From NCBI GenBank assembly GCA_965215185.1, contig OZ244034.1, positions 1,152,001 through 1,216,000 on the forward strand: 64,000 bases of DNA. Direction: 5' to 3'. A model generated the notes under the pieces. It had not been told where the DNA came from and made no database searches. It worked only from the letters and a program-made list of their open reading frames with translations. This DNA comes from Acidimicrobiia bacterium (GTDB taxonomy: Bacteria; Actinomycetota; Acidimicrobiia; Spongiisociales; ZC4RG35). The translations under genes were made by a program, and so were the position numbers. Below, one piece after another: positions 57,599 to 64,000 of the stretch (position 1 is the stretch's first letter; the number at the start of each line of letters is the position of its first letter).

Positions 57599-59634
57599 CG
57601 CTTCGGGTCGCCACCGATATAGGGGGAACATTCACCGATGTGGTGGTGTACGACCCCCGTAGCCGCCGGTACACCACCGCCAAGGCGCCCAGTAAGGGGG
57701 ATGACTTGGCTTCCGGGGTGATGGATGCCTTGGGACTGGTGGTGGACGACCCCGCGCAGGTCGAATCATTTGTCCATGGCTCCACAGTGGGACTCAACGC
57801 CTTCTTGCAGAGACGAGGGGAAAGGGCGATCCTGTTGGCCACCGCCGGGGCCAGCGACGTGTACCACATCGCCCGCGGTAACCGCCTCGACATGTACAAC
57901 ATCCGGTACCGCAAACCCGCTCCTCTCATCCCCCGTCGGGACATCATCCCCATCGGGGGAAGGCTCGATTTCGAGGGCAATGAGTTGGCGCCTTTGGACC
58001 ATGACGATCTCCGGCGGGCGGCCGAAAGGATTCGCTGCGAAGGGGTGCGGTCCGTGGCCATCGCCTTTCTGTTCTCCTACCAGAACCCTGACCACGAACT
58101 CGCCGCGGCCGCCGTCCTCAGCGAGATGGCGCCCGGAGTATCTCTATCCCTCTCCCATCAGGTGGCGACCGAGTGGCGGGAATACGAACGAACCGCTTCC
58201 ACAGTGATGGATTCCTACATTGCCCCCTCGGTCTCCCGTTACATGGCCGATCTTTCGAATCGGCTGAGAAACCAGGGCATGGCAACCCCATTGCGGGTGA
58301 TGCAGTCAAACGGAGGCATCATCTCCGCCAAGGCCGCCTCTGAGCGACCCCTGCAGACCCTCCTGTCCGGTCCGGTGGGTGGAGCAGCGGGCGGCGTAGC
58401 CCTCTCCGAAGTCCTGAACCGACCCAATCTGATTTGCATCGATCTGGGAGGAACCAGCTTCGACGTCAGTTTGATCACCGCCGGTCAGGCCGACAGTTCC
58501 CCTTCGGCTCTGCTGGAGGGCCTGCCGGTGCTGATGCCAGTGGTTGATATTCACACCATCGGCGCGGGTGGGGGTTCACTGGCCTACCTGGAGGCGGGAG
58601 GATTGAGAGTAGGGCCGGAAAGCGCCGGCGCTCATCCCGGGCCGGCCTGCTACGGACGAGGAGGAACCCAACCCACCGTGACCGACGCCAACCTGGCGCT
58701 GGGCCGCATCGATCCCAGCTATTTCTTGGGAGGCAATCTCACCCTCAACACCCAAGCGGCGGACAACGCCTTGGAGAACCTGGGGCAAAAGCTTGGCCTC
58801 GACCGCGAGAGGCTGGCGCTGGGAATCATCGAAGTGCTCAATGCCAAGATGTCCCAAGCCATACGAACCCTCACCGTGGAACGCGGGATCGAACCCCGGG
58901 AATTCAGTTTGGTGGCCTTTGGAGGGGCCGGTCCCATGCACGCGGTGGCCCTGGCCCAGGAACTGGGAATCACCGAAGTGATCGTTCCTCCCGATCCGGG
59001 CGGCTTCTCGGCTTGGGGAATGCTGCAATCAGCGGTCCGCCAAGACTTCAGCGAGGCGTTCTTCCGAGACTTCGCCGACTTGGACGTGGAGGATCTGGAA
59101 AGCCGATTCACCCGACTGGGCGATCGGGCTTTCTCCAGTTTGCTGGGAGAGGGAGTGGATGCCCACCGCATATCACTAATCCAACGTCTGGACATGCGCT
59201 ACCAGGGACAGGAGCACACTCTTACTGTCACCCTTCCCAATGGCGTCTCCCCGACAGGCGATGGCCGATTTGCCGGGGTTCGCCAACGCTTCGAGGACAC
59301 GTACCGTGCCAGATACGGTCACTCCAATCCGGAAGCATCCCTTGAGACCGTCAACCTCAGACTCACCGCCCTGGGAGATGTGGGGCGCCCTCTGCTCCAG
59401 GACAATTACCGGCCTAATCGGCCCTCCGATCGGCCTTCCAAGATATCCCCGGTTCTGTTCACCACCGGCTCTTACCGCACCGCCCGTTTCAATCGAGAGG
59501 CTCTGCCGCCGGGCTGCTCCATCGATGGCCCGGCGATCTTGGAAGAAGCCACCGCCACCACCGTGATTCCACCCGAAGGGACGGCCACCATCGACGACTA
59601 CGGCTGTCTGATAATCAAGGCCACTCCGGTATGA
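57583..59634 (+). CDS. Hydantoinase A/oxoprolinase family protein
   Basis: TDIGGTFTD, EYERTAST, LSGPVGG, DLGGTS, SAGAHPGPACYG. Start placed at TTG 57583. Confidence 0.92.
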   Translation: METNLALRVATDIGGTFTDVVVYDPRSRRYTTAKAPSKGDDLASGVMDALGLVVDDPAQVESFVHGSTVGLNAFLQRRGERAILLATAGASDVYHIARGNRLDMYNIRYRKPAPLIPRRDIIPIGGRLDFEGNELAPLDHDDLRRAAERIRCEGVRSVAIAFLFSYQNPDHELAAAAVLSEMAPGVSLSLSHQVATEWREYERTASTVMDSYIAPSVSRYMADLSNRLRNQGMATPLRVMQSNGGIISAKAASERPLQTLLSGPVGGAAGGVALSEVLNRPNLICIDLGGTSFDVSLITAGQADSSPSALLEGLPVLMPVVDIHTIGAGGGSLAYLEAGGLRVGPESAGAHPGPACYGRGGTQPTVTDANLALGRIDPSYFLGGNLTLNTQAADNALENLGQKLGLDRERLALGIIEVLNAKMSQAIRTLTVERGIEPREFSLVAFGGAGPMHAVALAQELGITEVIVPPDPGGFSAWGMLQSAVRQDFSEAFFRDFADLDVEDLESRFTRLGDRAFSSLLGEGVDAHRISLIQRLDMRYQGQEHTLTVTLPNGVSPTGDGRFAGVRQRFEDTYRARYGHSNPEASLETVNLRLTALGDVGRPLLQDNYRPNRPSDRPSKISPVLFTTGSYRTARFNREALPPGCSIDGPAILEEATATTVIPPEGTATIDDYGCLIIKATPV

Positions 59635-61310
59635 GCCCCGATCCAATCACCATCGAGATCCTGCGCAACGCCTTCATAATGGCAGCCGAAGAGATGAACG
59701 CCGCTTTGATCCGCTCCGCCTACACCCCGGTGATCTATGAATCCAAGGACTGTGCAGTGGCTCTGATCGACAGTCAGCATCGGGTGTTGGGGCAGTCCTC
59801 GGGAGTCCCTTTGTTCCTGGGAAATCTGGAAGCCTGCACCTTGGCCACAGAGGAGATGTTCGGCAGGTCGGTATGGGGGGAGGGCGACATTTGGATCATG
59901 AACGACCCTTATCTGACCGGCACTCACATGCACGACGTAACCGTGTTTGCTCCCATCTTCTACCGGGGAGACCTGGCGGGGTTCGCCGCCTCGCGTGCTC
60001 ATTGGCTGGATATCGGCGCCAAGGACCCGGGAGTTCCGATGGACGCCACCGAAATCTTTCAAGAGGGAGTCCGTTTGCCGCCCACTCAGGTCGTGCGCGG
60101 TGGGGAACCCGTGGCAGACATCGTTTCGATCATCGAAAGCAATGTGCGGTTCCCGAAGTCGGCGATCGGCGACATGAAGGCACAGTTCGCAGTGTCCGCC
60201 ATCGGATCCCACCGTCTCGGAGCGCTGTTCGACCGCTATGGGCGGGATACCGTGGAGGCAGCGGCCGAGGAGATTTTCCGTCAAAGCGAGAGGTTGGACC
60301 GAGAAGCCATCAGGGCTATCCCCGACGGTCTCTACGCTGCCGAAGGCTTCCTGGATTCGGATGGAGTGGGAGATGAACCAGTATGGATTCGGGTAAAGGT
60401 CGTTGTGGAGGGAGAACGGCTACTCTTCGATCTCACTGGTACCGACGGCCCGGGAAAGGGCCCGATCAACTGTGGTGCAGTACAGACATTGTCGGCCTGC
60501 CGCTTGGCCTTCAAATACCTGTTCAACTCCCATCAGGCCGTAAACGGCGGCACCTTCCGACCATTGGAGGTACGAACCCGGCCGGGGTCGATACTGGCAG
60601 CCCGCCCACCGGCGGCTTGTCAGTTCTATTTCACGCCCCTGGGGTTGATGATCGACCTGATCGCCTCTGCTCTCTCCCCCGTCCTTCCCAACACCGTCCC
60701 GGCCGCCCATTACGGGGACGGGATGGTATTCCAGTTCACCGGGATCAACCCCCGCACTAACGAATTATTCTTAGAAAACGAGCCGCATGTGGGAGGATGG
60801 GGAGCGTCGGTGGGCCGGGACGGTGAGGACGGGATGATCTGGACCCTGTCCGGAAATTTCCACGACATGCCCATCGAAGTTTTCGAATCCAAATTCCCCG
60901 CCCGGGTCACCAACTACGGTTTTCGTCAGGACTCGGCAGGTCCCGGCCGGTGGCGGGGAGGGAGTGGGATCATCAGGGTATATCAAATGACCACCGACAC
61001 CGAAGTGAGCTTATGGTTCGAACGTTCCGGCCACCCGGCCTGGGGGCTCTTTGGCGGCGAGGGCGGAGCGCCCCCGATGGTGATCACTAATCCTGACACC
61101 CCTCGGGAGGTGCGCCGGCTTAAGGCCAATCGGATGCCTCTATGTACAGGAGACATCGTGAGGTGTTACACCGGCGGTGGAGGTGGGTACGGCGATCCTC
61201 TCGACCGTGATCCCCAAGCGGTTCTCGCCGACTTGGCCGACGGCCACATCTCCCCCGAATACGCAGAGAGGCATCACCAGCTGAACGCTCAGGAGCCTTC
61301 CAGCAACTAG
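59631..61310 (+). CDS. Hydantoinase B/oxoprolinase family protein
   Basis: RSAYTPVIYESKD, NDPYLTGTHMHD, AHWLDIG, GGGGYGDP. Confidence 0.93.
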   Translation: MSPDPITIEILRNAFIMAAEEMNAALIRSAYTPVIYESKDCAVALIDSQHRVLGQSSGVPLFLGNLEACTLATEEMFGRSVWGEGDIWIMNDPYLTGTHMHDVTVFAPIFYRGDLAGFAASRAHWLDIGAKDPGVPMDATEIFQEGVRLPPTQVVRGGEPVADIVSIIESNVRFPKSAIGDMKAQFAVSAIGSHRLGALFDRYGRDTVEAAAEEIFRQSERLDREAIRAIPDGLYAAEGFLDSDGVGDEPVWIRVKVVVEGERLLFDLTGTDGPGKGPINCGAVQTLSACRLAFKYLFNSHQAVNGGTFRPLEVRTRPGSILAARPPAACQFYFTPLGLMIDLIASALSPVLPNTVPAAHYGDGMVFQFTGINPRTNELFLENEPHVGGWGASVGRDGEDGMIWTLSGNFHDMPIEVFESKFPARVTNYGFRQDSAGPGRWRGGSGIIRVYQMTTDTEVSLWFERSGHPAWGLFGGEGGAPPMVITNPDTPREVRRLKANRMPLCTGDIVRCYTGGGGGYGDPLDRDPQAVLADLADGHISPEYAERHHQLNAQEPSSN

Positions 61311-61432
61311 CCCGCGTCACGCGATGGGGCAGCATCAGGCCCGTGGGACAGGTGGCTGGGTATTCTGAGGTAGTTTGAGCGATGGTCAAAACTGGCGCGG
61401 CTCAAGAGCTCAGCCGGGCGTGGTAAGCAAAG

Positions 61433-61484
61433 TGATCTGCGTCGTTTGAGTTTTTCCTAGTTCAGACTCAAACGACGCAGATCA
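61433..61484. terminator. Long hairpin between convergent genes (candidate bidirectional terminator)
   Basis: 19-bp perfect inverted repeat TGATCTGCGTCGTTTGAGT / ACTCAAACGACGCAGATCA with a 14-nt loop, overlapping the S41 stop codon. Confidence 0.7.
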
Positions 61485-63389
61485 AGTATCGTCCTTATTC
61501 TTCCGGGGTCTCGGGAGCCTCTTCGGAGTCTCGGGAGCCTCTTCCGGGGTCTCCTCCGGAGGGTTGTCCAAGAGCGACTTCACCCATTCCATTAGACCTT
61601 GGAGAGTTGTATTGGGAAACCCGGTTTCTATATCGAGGGGCACACCGCTATCCCCTATGTCGATCCCACCGGGGGTCGTCCATTTGATAGTGGTCAGTCT
61701 GAAGACCCCTTCATTGGAAAGATCGAACAAACTCTGCCCTGTGTTCTTCTTGTAGGTCGTCTCCCCAACTACCACCGCCCGGCCAGTCTCCTGCAGTACG
61801 CCAGCCAGCACTTCGGAGGCCGACGCGGAGTTGCCATTGACCAAAATCGCGATGCGGGGAGTCTCCACCCCCACCAGGGGTGAGCCTTCGCCGTCCACGT
61901 CATAAGAAGATTCCAGAGTGTGGAAGGTCATCACCGGAACCTCGCCCAGGAAAGCCCCAGCAATACCCTGCAGAACCCTCACCGACCCTCCTCCATTGTT
62001 GCGCAGGTCCAGAACAATCAGTTCCGAATCCATAGCATCGGTCAATCTCTCTCGGAAATCCTCCACCGCCCCGCCAGGAAATGAACTAAAGCTGGTCAAA
62101 TGAATGTAGGCAATCGATTCTGAGTTGTGGAAGTCCGCGCTCGTGTATGGCACCACTATCTCTTGGCGGGTCAAAGTGAGCACATGCTCCTGACTACTCC
62201 GTTCAATGGTGATGTCCACCTGGGTGTCCACTTCGCCCCGGATCAATCCTGCAGCTTGTCCAAGGGTCAGATCGTGGAGACGTTCGCCATCTACGGCAAC
62301 TATGAAGTCTCCCCGTTGTATGCCGGCGTTGTATGCCGGTCCCCCCTCGAAAACAGTTATGACGAAGATCCGGCAAGTGTCAGACAGCGGTGAACAAGAT
62401 GGTTGCCATTGATCATTTACAGTGACCACTCTCACCCCGATACCCACGTACCGCCCTGATTCTTCGATCATTGCCCACTCTTCTGGATCGTGATAAGCGC
62501 TGTTGGGGTCCAATGCCTTGACCACTTCCCGCACTGCCGACTCCGCCACCTCATACAGCGAAGGGCCGGCATCTTCCGATGCCCAGGCACAGACCGGCTC
62601 AAACAATGGGTCGGGTATTGAACAGTCGAAGCGTGAACGCTTCGACGCCGATTCATCCAACTGCTCCGCGGCCAACATGGCCACTTCACTGATCGGCGCG
62701 GCCAGTTCCTCATCGGTGACCCCCAGGACGTACTCCGTGTCGATCAACTCATAGACATCACACAGCAGCCACCACTGATTGGGATCCTCACAATCGGAAA
62801 CCACATAAGGGACCGCCAAAGCCCTGGCAATGAAGGTCTCCGCCTGCCATACGGTGAGATCACTTTCGCCGCAGAACTGCAACGGCTTAGCGGAACACCC
62901 CACCGTGACCCCCTCGGCGTACAAACTGTGCACTGCATCTGCATAGGGCGCGTCCTCGGGAACATCCGTAAAGGGCGCCAGATCCGGTTCGACCGCTTTA
63001 AGGAAAAACGCCCTATCTATCCAGATTGCGAACTCGCCGCGAGAAATCGCCTCGTCCGGTCGGAAGGATCCATCCTGGAATCCGGGAGCCACCCCCGCCA
63101 AGGCCAACGCTTCAATGGTCCCCGCCATTTCGGTACTCTCCCCCACATCCGAGAACAATCCCTGCCAAGTCTGGTCCGAAAGATCCAATGCTTCGGCCAA
63201 CAACACCGCCGCTGCCCGGTTGGTCAACATCCGACCCGAATCTTCAACGGTAGTGACGGTGGGCGTCGCTGCATTGTCCGCAAGGGTGGGCGATGCTTGG
63301 GCAAGGACCGGACCTGAGGTCAACAGTCCCAAAGCCAAAACGGCGATCAAAAGCCGTCGGCTGTTTAGGCGGGGTTTAAGGTAATCCAT
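61482..63389 (-). CDS. S41 family C-terminal processing peptidase with PDZ domain and N-terminal SLH repeats
   Basis: Signal peptide, FRPDEAISRGEFA, YVGIGV, LDLRNNGGG, SASASE. Start at ATG 63389. Confidence 0.92.
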   Translation of the reverse strand: MDYLKPRLNSRRLLIAVLALGLLTSGPVLAQASPTLADNAATPTVTTVEDSGRMLTNRAAAVLLAEALDLSDQTWQGLFSDVGESTEMAGTIEALALAGVAPGFQDGSFRPDEAISRGEFAIWIDRAFFLKAVEPDLAPFTDVPEDAPYADAVHSLYAEGVTVGCSAKPLQFCGESDLTVWQAETFIARALAVPYVVSDCEDPNQWWLLCDVYELIDTEYVLGVTDEELAAPISEVAMLAAEQLDESASKRSRFDCSIPDPLFEPVCAWASEDAGPSLYEVAESAVREVVKALDPNSAYHDPEEWAMIEESGRYVGIGVRVVTVNDQWQPSCSPLSDTCRIFVITVFEGGPAYNAGIQRGDFIVAVDGERLHDLTLGQAAGLIRGEVDTQVDITIERSSQEHVLTLTRQEIVVPYTSADFHNSESIAYIHLTSFSSFPGGAVEDFRERLTDAMDSELIVLDLRNNGGGSVRVLQGIAGAFLGEVPVMTFHTLESSYDVDGEGSPLVGVETPRIAILVNGNSASASEVLAGVLQETGRAVVVGETTYKKNTGQSLFDLSNEGVFRLTTIKWTTPGGIDIGDSGVPLDIETGFPNTTLQGLMEWVKSLLDNPPEETPEEAPETPKRLPRPRKNKDDT

Positions 63390-63420
63390 TCGCCCCCAGT
63401 TTAATACCTTGAAAAAGGTT

Positions 63421-63538
63421 GTCCGGCAGTGACCTACTCTCCCGGGGTTTTGCAACCCAAGTACCATCGGCGCTGTCAGGTTTCACTTCCGTGTTCGGAA
63501 TGGGAACGGGTGGTTCCCCAACGCTATCGCCACCGGAC
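63421..63538 (-). rRNA. rrf: 5S ribosomal RNA
   Basis: Minus strand contains CCCGTTCCCATTCCGAACACGGAAGTGAAACC, GCCGATGGTACT and GGGAGAGTAGGTC. The termini pair. Ends approximate. Confidence 0.96.
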
Positions 63539-63576
63539 AACCAAACTCACAACAAGCAAATCATCTGGGATTCTCT

Positions 63577-64000
<424 letters not shown>

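Overview
A GC-rich bacterial chromosomal segment. An actinobacterium of the Acidimicrobiia type is inferred from the gene content (F420 nitroreductase, uvrC-rapZ-pgk-tpiA-secG order, apparent leaderless starts, Cys-containing SLH repeats). Left to right: a + strand fatty-acyl-CoA catabolic operon, thiN and pfkA; an accessory region (~11.3-21.4 kb); a long - strand run (pyruvyl/glycosyl-transferase, amidohydrolase, one hydantoinase A, three tandem hydantoinase B, uvrA, uvrC, rapZ, pgk, tpiA, gpmA, secG, lipid kinase); an atypical M20 enzyme, an SDR and a NicX-like gene; two paralogous SLH surface proteins (one frameshifted); a peptide-type ABC transporter with a second hydantoinase A/B pair; an SLH-S41 protease; 5S rRNA and the 3' end of 23S rRNA. 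The strongest unannotated signals are: (i) two inverted dif-like (XerC/XerD) sites followed by nested, transposase-less TGT..ACA transposon ends with TnsB-like repeat arrays; (ii) a one-A/three-B hydantoinase locus; (iii) a pyruvyltransferase-coiled coil-glycosyltransferase fusion near several SLH proteins; (iv) an M20 enzyme with a rewired active site. All calls were made by eye from sequence motifs; no database search was run.
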